A DNA stretch of 64,000 nt from Polymyxa betae A26-41 (lineage: Eukaryota; Protista; Endomyxa: Phytomyxea): contig RBZT01000219.1 in the NCBI GenBank assembly GCA_003693705.1, positions 1 to 64,000 on the forward strand, written 5' to 3'. The notes beneath the pieces were generated by a model that was not told the DNA's origin, did not search any database, and worked only from the letters and a program-made list of their open reading frames with translations. The translations under genes and the position numbers were made by a program. The first letter of the stretch is position 1, and every line of letters begins with the position of its first letter. Shown piece by piece: positions 49,601 through 62,822 of this stretch.

Positions 49601-52600
49601 TAGTGTCGGCCTCGTGAAATGATTTTAGTGAGAGCGACGGATCTGCATTTAAGTCCCATTCGTAAACTAGACGAGATAACAGTTCAGCGGACGACTTTAA
49701 GACAGCCAGGTCAGTGTCTTCCGGATACGCGTCAGCTCCAATTCGTAACAGCTCCAGTCTTTAGATCATTTTAACAAAGGATTAAATCACAATCTGACCA
49801 TAATCGTACGCATTGGAGAGAAGACCGCAAACATTGTCAATATGCAGAGCTCGAGTTCTGAACCAAACTGGTGGCGATGCGCCCGGCTGCTGAGGCTTAC
49901 TTGTCATACATTGCAGCCAGGGCTGTAGATCAGCACACATAAGAACGGAGTCGCAGGCCAACACTCTATCCAAGTATAACGGATCCGATTCCACCCAATC
50001 CGCAGGCCGAGACGATTTTGAGCGTTGTGGTCGAGGGGAAAGATTTGTTGGGATGAGGAAGGAGTACCTGCATTGAGACGTCACAAACAATATATCGAAA
50101 TAGTGATAATGGGTTTAATTTACATGGAGATGGGCGTTGTTTCAGGAATACAATCAAGTATATCGTAGATATGAGGATTGAGCAGAGCACCGTGCCGATA
50201 TAACAGCACTTGAAGATTGGATACTCGCTCACTACGAGCATTAGCCATGGCCGTTTCCAATAACGATGTAAGACGGAACGACGAGTACCTGAAAGTTATC
50301 GTGAGTACTTAAACCATTGAGGTGATTAGAGAGGACACTGACTTATCCATATCGTACGGTTGCACTAAGATAAATGTTTCGAGTAAGTCGAGATAGTAAA
50401 AGAACACGAGCCGATACGCCCACAGCACTTCGTTGCCCGAATCCAGACTGTCATTATATTCAGCACATTCAAGCGTTCATACTTGAGCCATACTCTTTAG
50501 AAGCGGAATCAGTTAAGGATAAAGCGGATTGCAGCAGATGGCGTTGGGCGTCGATGTCGTCAGCGCAGCGTAATCGGCATTGTTCGAGCTTCCAGTAGAG
50601 GTCACCTTTGACAGGCATCAAGTATTGGTCAATGGCAGCCGAATTAATCGGGTCAGCCAGCGCCCAACGACGTTTGTAGACTGGATCGGCGCAGAGACCG
50701 CGATCCGAACAGATCTGCATTGCAGCGTCGAATTCATTTCGAAACAGAAGGCGGGAGAAAGCTTCCTCGGCAGCAACTCTGCAAAATCATTTCAGCAAAA
50801 AGACAAAAAGAAGAACGATTGGATGGTTAAACGAAGGGAAAGGTCGGAAACTTTGCAATCAAGTAAAAAACAAAAACGGAAATTGAGGGATGACGTTTGC
50901 AAGTAAAGCAGATTAAAGCTGGTTTGCTCGATGATGTTCTCGGAGGGACTGGCTGCTTGCGCTTCAGGCCATGAGCGTCGCGCTTGCAGGTATCGGACTG
51001 TCGACTCCAAAACAAATAATCCCGATCCAGAATTCAAGTCGTTGATGGATGTCAGATTGATGGTAGAAGGGCTTTCATTCCCTATGAATCGAAATTAGAG
51101 CAAAGTTGGACTCGAACAAAACGAAGCGAGCGAATGTAATAAAATCGTTCAGGATCTGCATATGCAAACAATGTACCTGAAACTGACAGCTCTGCGGGCT
51201 CGAGCAGAGTGAATCTGTCATTATTGATCTTGATCTTCCATATTCGAACAGATCCAGATTCATAGGCAACAGCCAGCTCTAAACAGTGTGCATGTTAGCC
51301 ATTAAAATAAACAAAGTTAGGGGCGCCACGTACCCGTCTCAGACCAGAACGTGATATCCACCGGACGCGATGGAAGGTGAATGGTGCCAAGAGCTCGGCC
51401 AGAGTCAACTTGCCATAACGACACATGACCATACACATCCAGTGTCGCAGCCAGCGTTGATTTCGAAGAGCGGACAACGGACACATCAAATACGGAAGCC
51501 GGTGAAGCGTGCGTCAGAATCGAGCGTGCTTGTCCTTTACCAAGATCAGTTCCGAGTTTGAACGGATCTTACGACGATACCGAGCAATTGCGCCAGGCGA
51601 CGACTCGGTGTGAAATTCTCGTCGTTGTGTATGACATCCAGTGCTTTAATGTCAACACGACCACTGAGATCAACATGTATTTGGATGGTCAGGAAGACCA
51701 TTTGAGATGAAACCTGAACTGGCTCATGCGGAGGAGACTTCTCTTCCGGAAGAGGATCAGAACGTGGTCCAACAATCACGAAGCGATTATGGTCAATCCG
51801 GACAGCTCCCGATGCGCATTCTAAAGCGTATTGTAGCGACAGCTCGGTACCAAAGCTACAGGAATTAAGTTAGCGATTTCTGAATTGAACAGAAATTAGA
51901 CAGGATATCTTGCTCAATAAAGGAATAAAAGTAGAAATTTTCACGACGAAAAAGTATAACCTTGAGAAGTTAAACATGAGAGTGTCTGTGAGTGATCGGC
52001 GTGGTGAATACGATTCTGTGATGGTCTTCGCCTTCCGTACATCAACTACAAGGACCAGAGCCTCTACAGTGACAACGCAGACAAAGCAGTCTGGTCCAGG
52101 AGTGTCGTTCACGAACTGGATAGCGACAATAGTGCCATTTATGGGTAGAACGAGAACCCGGTGCAGATTGTCACTGCCAAATGGGTCACTCAAGTCGTAA
52201 ACATGCAATTGGCCATCAAATGAGAATGTAACAAGACCGCTATCTTGTGATATATCCAGGAAACAGGGATTAACGAATGTTTTCCCGACTCCTAAGCACA
52301 GGAACAGTAAATTGTTAGAAAATTGAAATTTGGGTGCCAAAGTAAAGCAAATACGAGAACAGCTAATCTTCAAGAATGAAATGTAAACAATCAGTAATGC
52401 TGCTGTAATACAAACAAAACAGATAGACTGTAACAAATTGAGAAAGACGTGTTGAGAACGACAAACGATAGATCAGCTTACGAATGACGTCAAAGAGGTG
52501 ATGTGATCGCCGCATAAAGCGACCATCGGATGGCGAAAATCGAATGCATTCGATTCCATCGAACGTGGCGACAACTAGGAGTGACCCGTGTCGAGCCATA

Positions 52601-53054
52601 TGCCAGGATCGGGGTCTGTTGGCTGTCATCGGTGCTGCTGGCGATATCGACCGATTCATTCGTGCTCGATTTCTTCGAGAGCACCACCATATCCTTTCAC
52701 ACCGACTACAAATAACAGAAGTCACAACTAGAAGTGAATTAACTAGCGATAACAGATTTTCTTTTAAAATCAAAAAAACATTTTAAAATAGAATGAAACT
52801 GCTACGATTCGAAACTGTGTCAAACAGCCTTATCAAATCCAGAAAGAAACAAAATTTCCAGCACAACCAACAGCAGACCTGCGGCGACCTTCATTATCGG
52901 GAGCTGGCTCGGCCAGGGTGAGGGGAACCGGCGGTAGATCGACTACATCATAGTTCTGGCCCTGGCGGTCGATATCAGACGGCAATGACCAGGTCGTGAT
53001 CGGAAGAGCATCGTAGAGTGGTGATGTCTGGGACGGCGTCTCATTCGCAGTCAT
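46640..53054 (-). CDS. NBAS: NBAS / Sec39 homologue (ER-Golgi retrograde tether), many exons
   Basis: LYDAL...W start and a beta-propeller-like N-region. GLCADPVYKRRW...IDQYL...W.LEQC...DIDAQRHLLQ.AL..TD, YSFLIP, DWVES and WFRTRALHID match recalled NBAS segments. Confidence 0.8.
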
Positions 53055-53396
53055 CACATTGATGGAATGAACTATGATCCAGTATCACTCTATCAAACAA
53101 GGCAGGACTTCCCGCCTATTTCTATCCATTTTATAGTCTGAACGTAGATGGAGCAAAACGCATATCAATTATGTTGAGCAATGGTAATTTACACCCTGGT
53201 CCAGTCAACGCATGTCTTGCGGATTGGAGAAGTTTAAGAAAGTCGTTCTATTCTCTGATTCATCCAAAACCAAGCTGAGACATAGGATTCATTTCCTGTT
53301 TTCCTGTGTTAGTAAAATCTTGTTGACAAAATTGTTTTTTATTCTCTAAAAGATTTCGGATGGATGATACTGGTATCTCTGCTCGATGAACCCTAT

Positions 53397-54624
53397 TTAT
53401 TTGCGGCAAAATGTCGACAGAATACGAGCGATGATTCCAGGGCGTACAGATTCTGGAATCGTGCTTGCCAGACACTCACGACCAACAGAATCGATAGCGT
53501 CAATAGATAAGCCTTGATCGAACAGGAATCGCATAGCCATGGCCGCCGCCCTAATTTCAGCTTCGAATGGATTCCATCGGAACGTCAATGAGATCGACAT
53601 CGGATCTGCCTCGGCTTCTACCTGATGTAGCCTGCAAACGTATGTCAATAAATACGGAATCTGTTGAATCAAAAAAAGAAAGTTTCACTAATGAATAGTA
53701 CCATCCATATGGAATGTAGAGAGCATCGCCGGGTCCAATCACAGCCTGAACAGCGCTATGCTTCCTAAATGCAGCGAACTGGATAGGATCAGGCTTGTGA
53801 ACGTCACTGATTAAGGACTGTCGATCATATTGATCTTGGACATCGGGCATAGCAGCATCTGGGATGACATCCGGACTGAACAGCAAGACTCGTTTGATGC
53901 CTGCCATCTGTACCAAAACGCCATCGCAGAGATCGTAATGTAGTGGCGAACATGTTGATTGTGCTGAGACCCAGAGCAACGTCGATGTCAACGATTCCTG
54001 TTCGAGGAATGGCAATGAAGGCAACAATGATGTCAGTGGTGGCGGTAGAGGCTCGCCGTATAAATACAGGGATTCATTGGCCGAACGAGAGTTAAATTCT
54101 TGTAAGGTCATGGAGCATTTGCTAGTAGATTGGCGAGCATATTTGAAGGTGGACGATGTTGGCGAATGGAAAACATTTTTTAACAGATGATCGGGTGGAA
54201 GTAGCGAAGTAATACGATCCATGGTCCACGGTTGATCGGCAACATTTGTCAATAAAGCGGGACAGCCGCGTTCCAGGCGGGTGACGTCTTTCTGAATTGT
54301 GATTCCCGAATCGATGGCATCAGCATCCCTAAACAGAATCAGGCACGAGTAACCGATAATTTCGTAAGATGTAGAAAGCGATTGGTGATCAGAAAACGAC
54401 TGATCTTCATAGTCGGTTAGGGAATCAAAGACTGATGTGTTGATACCTCTTGGCCCAGATCATAGGATTCCTATCAGGGGCAGAACACTCGGGCGTAATG
54501 GGGGGCATAACGAAAGCGGGGAAGGGGTTGGCTGATCCTGCCAAGATCGCCCGTAGGCCCCCAATCTGTCGATGACCCACGATATATTGCGAAGGGTCGT
54601 CTGAGCGCGACCGACTGAAATCAT
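53397..54624 (-). CDS. JmjC (cupin_8) 2-oxoglutarate/Fe(II) oxygenase
   Basis: LWVS....SPLHYD..DGVLVQMAGIKRVLLFSP...IGPGDALYIPYGW/LHQVE; the HxD...H triad is present. The 5' exons are approximate. Confidence 0.85.
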
Positions 54625-54809
54625 CTATAGATTCGAAATCATAACGGCTACTGTTAGTATATCGCAGACAGATTTAGACATTATGCTGACTGTAACATAA
54701 CAAATCCAGAGCATTGCATTCACTTTATCAGAAAAACGAAACTAAGCGTAAATAATCTCATGAGCAGCAAAGCAGGCGTGCTACAAGCTGATATAATCTT
54801 GTTCGCAGC

Positions 54810-55787
54810 TCATCGCGAAAATGTCCCAATTCTTTCATTAACTCGAACCAGGGTTTCAATTCCTCTGAATGACCACTGAGCCAGGTCGCGGTCCCAATCA
54901 ACAGCTCGCTCATATACAACCAAGATGTCGCTGCCGCCGAACTGGAACATACCAATTTCGTCGCCTTTGGCGATATCAGCGCCCTCCTCGATAGACATTG
55001 TTACGGTCCCGACGTCTTCGGCGCCAATCGGAATGAACAGGACAGCGCCGTTTAAAGGAGACTCAATCAACACGATTGTTCGCGTATTTTCACAAAGCAC
55101 ATTGACATCGCTCTGTAGCGCCTTCGATTTGACTGTAAAATATTCGCCTGGGATGTGCTCCATCAGAGCGACCTTGCCGGAAACTGGAGCGTGGAATCGA
55201 TGGTAATCCATCGGGTGCAATCGGAAATTAGCCACACTTGATTCGGGGGTAAAGCGATGCAAGAGGTCAGGACGACCGTGACACACACGATTGCCCAGTA
55301 GGGCAGAGAAATTAAAACGTTTTCCCTTGATGTACAGACGGCGTGCTTCTCGTAGCGAATCGAAAACAGTAAGGCGACAGTCGGCAGCCGATGTGATAAC
55401 AGCATCATCATCAGGAGCAGCGACCGGGCGGCATTCAGGACGAATCTCACGAATGAAGAAATCGTTGAAATTACGGAAAGCGTTGGGATTATCTTGAATA
55501 AAATCGCTCATGTTAATCTCATAGAAATCAACGAAGGACGGTATCTGCAATGACGATGTGTACGTCGTATGCGATTTGCGTGATCGGAAAGTTTGACGCT
55601 TCAGCCAGCGTCGAATGAAGTGGAAGCGGTCAAATATATCCATGGGCCAGGAGTACAGGATTTCGTTCACGAGCCAAGCTAAAATCGGTTCGCGCTCCCG
55701 AGCCATGGCCATCCGATGTCGGTCATACATCTCTGGACCAAGTTCGCGTGTGTAAAGATGATAAATCAGACCGATAACGGCGCCCAT
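54810..55787 (-). CDS. PSD: Phosphatidylserine decarboxylase proenzyme (type II / GGS-type), intronless
   Basis: FNDFFIREIRP, SAADCR, RLHPMDYHRFHAPVSG and KGDEIGMFQFGGSD (autocleavage GG/S). Confidence 0.92.
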   Translation of the reverse strand: MGAVIGLIYHLYTRELGPEMYDRHRMAMAREREPILAWLVNEILYSWPMDIFDRFHFIRRWLKRQTFRSRKSHTTYTSSLQIPSFVDFYEINMSDFIQDNPNAFRNFNDFFIREIRPECRPVAAPDDDAVITSAADCRLTVFDSLREARRLYIKGKRFNFSALLGNRVCHGRPDLLHRFTPESSVANFRLHPMDYHRFHAPVSGKVALMEHIPGEYFTVKSKALQSDVNVLCENTRTIVLIESPLNGAVLFIPIGAEDVGTVTMSIEEGADIAKGDEIGMFQFGGSDILVVYERAVDWDRDLAQWSFRGIETLVRVNERIGTFSR

Positions 55788-56765
55788 GACCCGATAACTG
55801 ATAACTTTCTTGCTGAGAGAATCGATTCAGTAACAAACAGGCTTTCGAAGATCGCAATGAATATTCGGAGTTGGAAAATGAGTGAATCCAAACCAATGCA
55901 GAACGATGGTATTCGGTGTTTAATGATTAGCACCGAACAGCACTCTCTTTCTTTCTTGCAGTATTTCGTGTAAGCGTAATTGTAAATCTCCAAAGTGAAT
56001 TCAGCATGAAAAGATTTTGAAGTACATGAAAGCTACTGTCTCATGGCCACTACAATCTAAATTCATAAAGGGAGAGATGCTTGAATACCGATCGTTTGTC
56101 ATTCGCTTTTTGCTCTTGATGTACGATTAAAGTTTTCAATTGCTACAGAGCAAGTAGTCAACATCATATTGTCATTTCCATAATCCCATAGAACACATTC
56201 GCTTTAGTGAGAGTCGTACTCGGCTTCTCAGGTGAAGCCTACCATTAAGCAGCAGGCATCGTCCGCTGCCTATTGGAAGTACCGACGACCTGACGGTTCA
56301 ATTTAAAAGACCACAATACAGAAAGAAAGTGGTCATATAAAGGCAAGAGAGTCCACAAGTGTAAGCTGACGACGTACGTGTATACGACAAGGACAGACGT
56401 GGCAGTGACAGTGGTAAAAGGCCAAGGCGGTATCGGCTCTAAGTTGTACCGTAGGTAGACCGAATGAGAGACACCAAGGAGCAGCAGTCAGAGACATCAG
56501 CGCCCGTCGTCGAGCCCAAGTGTCATGCAGTGGTGAGGGGTGGCGGGACCATCTGAGGTGGTCCCCCATCGCACTGTAGCCACACAGTGTAACGTACGCA
56601 GCTGGACTCGACAGGGACAGGGTCCACCCGTCATGTCACGCAGTTTCCCTGCACCGATCGGTCTTACTATTTCTGTCCCGTCCATTGCTGCTACGACGCG
56701 CCCCCTTGACCTCTCTTCGCTTGGAGGCGCATTTTGTATTCGCCTCTGGCGGCGATAATTTTGCT

Positions 56766-57545
56766 ATGACCGTCGCTTATCCGTTGATCCCGATCCCTCG
56801 CCGCCTTAGCAACTGCTGGGCGTTACCCTCCAAGGCGATCCCCTTTTCGTTTCCGTTCCCCATCGACGGCATAGCAGCTGGGCCCTGGGTCGCTTCGCCA
56901 ATTGTGGCTGAAACAGCTCGGGATTCGTCCAGATATTATTGTACTTGTTGCAACAAGTCTTTCTCGAAACCGAGTACATTGAAGTCGCATATGAGGGTGC
57001 ATACAGGTACCATTCGGTTACGCATGCATAACTGGCTCTTATTTATATCATGATATAGGAGAGCGGCCCTTTGCTTGCACTGAATGCTCGAAAGCGTTTT
57101 CAAATTCCGGCGATCTCAGAAAGCATGCCAGATTGCACTCTGGCGAACGCCCCTTTATCTGTTCGCATCCCGGATGCGGGAAGGCGTTTACAAGAGCAGA
57201 CCACGTACGATATTATCTATGCTACTCGGGCAATCATCGACTAAAATCGATCTTTAGCTGAAAACTCATGGCAGGACACATTCCGGCAATAGACCTTTTC
57301 AATGCGGGATCTGCGAGAAGACGTTCAGCACAGCTTCGAACGCCAAAACTCATCAAAGGACACATACAGGCGAAAAGCCGTTCGTCTGTGCCTGCGGGAA
57401 GCGATTCAGTACGGCCGGCAACCTAACCGTTCACGAGAGAACACATGCTTCTGGCTCGGTCACCAGGAACGTGGCTATAGCTAGGCCTATAATCGTCGAT
57501 GAAGACCGATCAGCATCCAGCATTGGCACAAGACAATCACCATAA
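56766..57545 (+). CDS. C2H2 zinc-finger transcription factor, five fingers, 3 exons
   Basis: Five CxxC..H...H fingers with TGERPF/SGERPF/TGEKPF linkers after splicing introns at about 57008-57058 and 57205-57257. Confidence 0.92.
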
Positions 57546-57748
57546 CGAAACAGTCATGCTGTTTGCGTGCTATTGACCAGGATGGCGCCATTAGGCGCTT
57601 CCTCGGGCTTGTCCCCGTTATCTATGTATCTATCTAGCCTGAATTCATTTAGTCCTCCATTATATAAATTTACATGACTTAATTAGTTTATTTCTTTAAA
57701 CCGAACTCTCTTATACGGTAGTTAGCAGCTGCGGTGCTTGTTCCGGGT

Positions 57749-58780
57749 TCAGCCAAATATATACCAAAGAGTAAATAGCATACAGGCCGCGATTATCGCA
57801 GCCAATACGATTCGGTCTCGTTGCTGATATCTACGGGGATATCTATCAGCTTTGACACATACCTCATCCGAGGAAAACGAACCTCCTTATCCTTGTCATT
57901 GTATTCTGAATAAGAGGAAACCTTTGGACTAGTTCATTCAGCTTGCTGGCCGTATTACTGAACGTCCCTTTCTGCCACGATAAGTGCTCGCGAGTAGCTT
58001 CAGCACGCCTAGAATCGATAAATTAGCGGATGGCAACGAAAGAGATAGTGGTCTTTGTTTTACCCGATTAGCTCATCGATCACGTTAATAGACGCATGCA
58101 ATTGATTCTGTTCGCGAAGTAATATTTCGGTCTCAGACTTGCTGCCTTCCTGCCGAGAAGAATTCCCAGCAAACAATTCAGCCCGCTGAAGACTGGATTG
58201 GAGCGATGCCTGCAATGGAATTCGTTATGACATCAGTGATCCTTACCAGAGCGAGAGCATACTCGAGTCCTGTTGAATTCCAATTGGTAATCCCGATGAA
58301 CTTCACGAAACCGATCAACAGCACGTTCCATATTGACGGGTGGAGGAACCGCGCCCGACGTCATGGCATCGGTCATTCGAGAGATAATTTCTTCTAGCTA
58401 CACGAAATATCAATTTTCCTACAGATTGTAAATGGCATTATAATAGCAAAAGGTTGCTTCGTGACTAATAATGGAAACAAAGAGTTGACGAGTAAACAAG
58501 CTGTTCGATGTCGAATTCGAAACTGATAAAAAAAGGAATTTGAATGTTCAAATCTTCCTGGACGAACCTTATTCAGCAATTCCTCGATGGTCTTCTGTAA
58601 AGAATGGGCATCTTCCTGCAACTCATCCCGTCCTCCAGTTCCCAGACTGATCGAAGCCTGAACCTGCCTTAGGACGCCGACATTCAACTTGGCCAGCTCA
58701 TCAAGCTTAGAATAGATCTGCTTTTCCAAGCGACGCGCCTGCAGCCGATATCCATCGAGATCGGACCCGATCGAGTCCAT
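57749..58780 (-). CDS. GOSR1: Golgi SNARE GOS1/GS28
   Basis: RLQARRLEKQIYSKL, RHREILRDY-like helix, LLREQN and a C-terminal RDRIVLAAIIAACMLFTLWYIFG TM anchor. Confidence 0.8.
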
Positions 58781-59367
58781 GCCAGGCACCGACTTTCAAC
58801 TCGTCTCAGTCTGATATGGAAAGGCCGCACCGCTCTATAAATCCATCATGATGTTTAAAATGCATCTCCGATCAGAGTTCTACGAAAGCAAGATTCGCTA
58901 TACAAATCTAATGCATGCTCAAAGATTTTAGCTAAGGGAAGGCTCCCATAGAAATTTATCATGGTGAAACGGTTATCGTCTGATCGTTATTGAACTGAAA
59001 TGACTTTCATGGCCCAATATACCCGGGGCTGATACCATGGCGAGCTGCACCCGAACTGTCTGTCTGCTCGACACACAGTTCGAGCGCCTGGCCGTCTTCA
59101 ACCAAACAGAACCGCGATCGTACATTGTCCCTGGTCATTGCAGGTCCAGGCTTTCCGGCTGGTCTGTCTCCCAAACCTGCGCCTCTGTCACTGCGCATAT
59201 CAGATCACGCCTCCTACAGCTGCTTTAATCGGTTGTTGTCCATCGTCGGCAAGTTCCGGGCCCTATCACCGTCGCCAATTTCTGCACCTGTTAAGATCGT
59301 CTTTCCTCCAACGACGATCTTCTCTTGTTTCGTGCGACGGTTAACAACCGTCGGCTCCCGGTTGTTT

Positions 59368-60125
59368 ATGACGACTGGACAGCGGCCGCTGGTCGTGGTA
59401 GGGCCGAGCGGTGTCGGTAAAGGAACTTTACTCAACAAGCTTCGAGAGCGATTCCCAAATGCTTTCGGCTTCAGCGTCTCACATACGACCCGTTCACCCC
59501 GAGCCGTAAGGCTTCGTTTATCAGCGTCATAGACTTCCATTAACCCACATGGTGGCTTGCAGGGCGAGATCAATGGCGTCAATTACCACTTCGTCACTAA
59601 AGAACAGATGCAGGCAATGATCAATGCGAACATGTTCATCGAACATGCCAATGTAAGTTCAATACGGTTACTGGTCGCTAATTGTTTCTTAATAAATGGG
59701 GACTTACAGGTCCATGACAATCTGTATGGAACATCACTTGCCTCGATCGATGCTGTGCAGAATTCCGGCAAGATCTGCCTGCTGGAAATTGATGTCCAGG
59801 GCGCTGAACGTATTCATGAGGCCAAAGTCCCAGCTCGATTCTTATTCATTTCTCCTCCTAGTGCCGATATTCTTAGGTTAGCCTAGCGAGGAAAAGTCGA
59901 TGGTCGCTCAACATAGTTTGATGTATTGGCAGGGATCGACTGGTTGGACGCGGGTCGGAATCGAAGGAATCGCTGGGGCTGCGGTTGAAGAACGCCATGG
60001 GCGAGCTGGAATTCTATAAGAAGGCGGGATTCTTTGATGCCAATATTGTTAATGATGATCTGGAAGAGGCCTTCAAAAGGCTCGAAAAAACCGTAATGGA
60101 TTGGTACCCTCATTTAAAGCATTAA
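59368..60125 (+). CDS. GUK1: Guanylate kinase (4 exons)
   Basis: [41 protein letters not shown] and IVNDDLEEA. Confidence 0.95.
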
Positions 60126-60771
60126 AAAAATCCACGGATCATCATGATGTATTCTTCGGCAGCGGTTGAGAAAGATTAGCACAGCGGTAGGCAGATAGAT
60201 GTTAGATACGGTAATCGGAAAAGACCATCATAGTGATAGAAGCTGCAGTGAAGGAATATCCAGAAATCGGGCACCATCTACCTACCTTCGAATGCCGTGT
60301 CGTTGATATTAAAATGTGTCGGGGTTTAGCCTATCTTCCTTTCGCGATTAAGGTAACGACTTTTTGATTGGTTCTATTCCACGTGTTGCTGTTTGTGGAT
60401 TTTGTTTAACTTGAACTATTTCTCCAGCAACTAAAGGACATGATTTGTGACCAACAGTGACTTATCCACCTGTTCTCGTAAACATTGTGCCAGCAAATAC
60501 AAGTTGGTCTTAACCCAATAGACAAGTAGACTATGAAGCTTGGCCAAAGCATTCTACTATTGTAGTGCAAGCGGTCAGAAGGTATCACAAAAGGAAAATC
60601 ACGAGCTTCTTCTACATTATTCGCGCCTTTACGAAACAAGATGGCGCAGTTTGTTGTGCGTCTAGCAGTATTGTAGATGCGTAAGTGCGAGGCTGTCTGT
60701 GAATATTATTTCTGTTACAGAGAGAGAGAATAGAGAGACATTGTTACTCTGTTTATGCATCAGATCGACAT

Positions 60772-61732
60772 ATGGTCTCTAATCATGACCAATACAACGA
60801 GACCATGACCGATGATCACGATTCTGTCGTTAGTCAGCTAAAGCAGGAGATCCAGAGGCTAACGGCTTCTAGCAATCAAGCCGCCCAATCCCATGAGCAG
60901 CAGGTATTCCTGGCCCTGCTGCCACTTTCACATAATTCTTATACTCTCCTCGTAGCTCTATGCAGCTGAAATTACAATTGCTGCTCGGGAGAAAGAGCTC
61001 GATCAGCTCTACAAACACGTGCACCAGCTGACGGCCGAAAACGAAGCCCAATCCGGGTCCATACATGATAGAAGTGGTCTTGAAGAGTCGAGGAGAGAGC
61101 TGGACGCTGCTCAGAAATACGCTGCCAGCGTATCGACGTCCTTACACCACACTCAGCAGAAATTGAAGAATGCGGAGAACTTGCTCGCCTCGCTTCGGCC
61201 CCAACTTGACGCCGCCAACAATCATATCAAATCGTTAACGGGCGAGAATCAGCGCCTTCGCAGTCAGCTGCTGGGCGCTGATGACGCAATTATGCAGATT
61301 CGTCCACAGCTGGATGCAGCTCGTTCTGAAGCGGCGCGCCTCTCTGAGGAGCTGGATCGGGTTCGGTCGAGTAAAGCGGCCGGCCTTGTCCCATTGCAGA
61401 ATCAACTGCAAGAAGCCGAGACGCATATCGCCAAGCTCGATTCCGAGCTGGTGGCGGTCGACCGGGCCCGGTTCGAATTCGAAACAGAATGCGTTCGCCT
61501 GCGCGAGTTGCTGAGATTTAGCGGCGGTCTTGGACCACAACTGTCGAGAGAGATTGAGAGGCGACAGGCCGCCCAGCACGATCTTTTAAAGCTCGATAAA
61601 TACTGCAGGTATCTGCGCGAGCAGATCGCCATGATGCAGGCTGGCAAGCCGCTAAAATCGTTTCCACCACCTCCGCATCCTTACGCCCCCACAGGCGAGA
61701 TGCCGCCATCACCGCTCGATCGCATACGATAA
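60772..61732 (+). CDS. Coiled-coil protein, 2 exons, unknown function
   Basis: Heptad-rich ORFs 60772-60903 and about 60954-61732 joined by a GT-AG intron. Confidence 0.7.
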
Positions 61733-61950
61733 CGTTTTTAGATTCAGGATAGAAGATTACCCACCATTCATCGTTAAACAATCTACATTATTCTACTTGT
61801 TTACTAATCGTATGATATCTTATTGAACATTTATTACAATGAGCGTCGATTTTGACGTTTTGGTCACACAGGTTTGATGTTTCCAGCTTGACTCGATTGA
61901 CGATCGCCAATCGCCAATCGCATGTACTTCTTTCGGTGATGATGTTGAGA

Positions 61951-62502
61951 TTATTGTAGCGGTTCGGGATAGTTGGCTTGAAGAAATCTCAAGGTGGCCT
62001 GTGCTTGATGTTCGGCAGCGATATCAACACAGTAACGAACAGCAGATGAACGTAATTCAGGTGGTAGTTGAACCATCAGATATTGAATAGCGAATAGATT
62101 GGAGTATTTAGATGCTATTCGTAGGTGTGTCAGATCCCAATAATAACCTTCTCGAACATTTTGTCGCAAGCGTTGAATATCGTTATTGACGATAAACCAC
62201 TTATCGACCTTGGGCAATGTCGCCCGATCTTTGAAATATCGCCGCAGACGGTATAAATCGTTTCGGGTCGCGGATTGATTTCGAATCCGGTTGTCATACT
62301 GGACCGTAATGGGATGTACGTCAGACCTGCCTGCGATATTCTCACTATTATCAGATGATGGTCTCTGTGTAGTGATTGATGTCCTTCTGCCATTCAGATT
62401 GAGTTTAGTTGCAGCTGCCAATAAGCAGGTCCAGATGAATGTCGCTGACGTCACCGCCTGCGACATGATCGCACTCAGTGTCGCCCCCCGAACCGATATC
62501 AT
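61951..62502 (-). CDS. Small putative secreted protein with ankyrin-like helical C-terminus
   Basis: Hydrophobic ATFIWTCLLAAA near the N-terminus; HLRIASKYSNLFAIQYL and VDIAAEHQAQATLRFL resemble degenerate ankyrin repeats; intronless. Confidence 0.5.
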   Translation of the reverse strand: MISVRGATLSAIMSQAVTSATFIWTCLLAAATKLNLNGRRTSITTQRPSSDNSENIAGRSDVHPITVQYDNRIRNQSATRNDLYRLRRYFKDRATLPKVDKWFIVNNDIQRLRQNVREGYYWDLTHLRIASKYSNLFAIQYLMVQLPPELRSSAVRYCVDIAAEHQAQATLRFLQANYPEPLQ

Positions 62503-62822
62503 CGATTTCTGCGAGATCTCTGCAATAACCGGACGTGCTGACGTGGCCCCTGCCCTGAGCTAAACGTTGCAGCTGCAGCATCAGCAGGTTCAGAGTAGAT
62601 CTTGGTTGCGCTTCATACTCAGCCGGTAACGATACACAGTTAGACTGCACCGGGCCAGTACCGCAGCTGCTCTACTGCTGGTAATGTATGCTGGACTGGA
62701 AAAGGCCAGCCCGACCCCAACGATACAGTAATCATCTCATGGCCCTGAAAGATATGTTGTCGGGGTCGTTGTAGTACGCTGAGGATCCAAGGTGGTTAAC
62801 GACCAGGATCAGGTCGGCCTGG

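Noticed and set aside
59125-59367. In-frame upstream extension of guanylate kinase as an organellar presequence
   Set aside because: It begins at TTG with no in-frame ATG and cannot be supported without transcripts.
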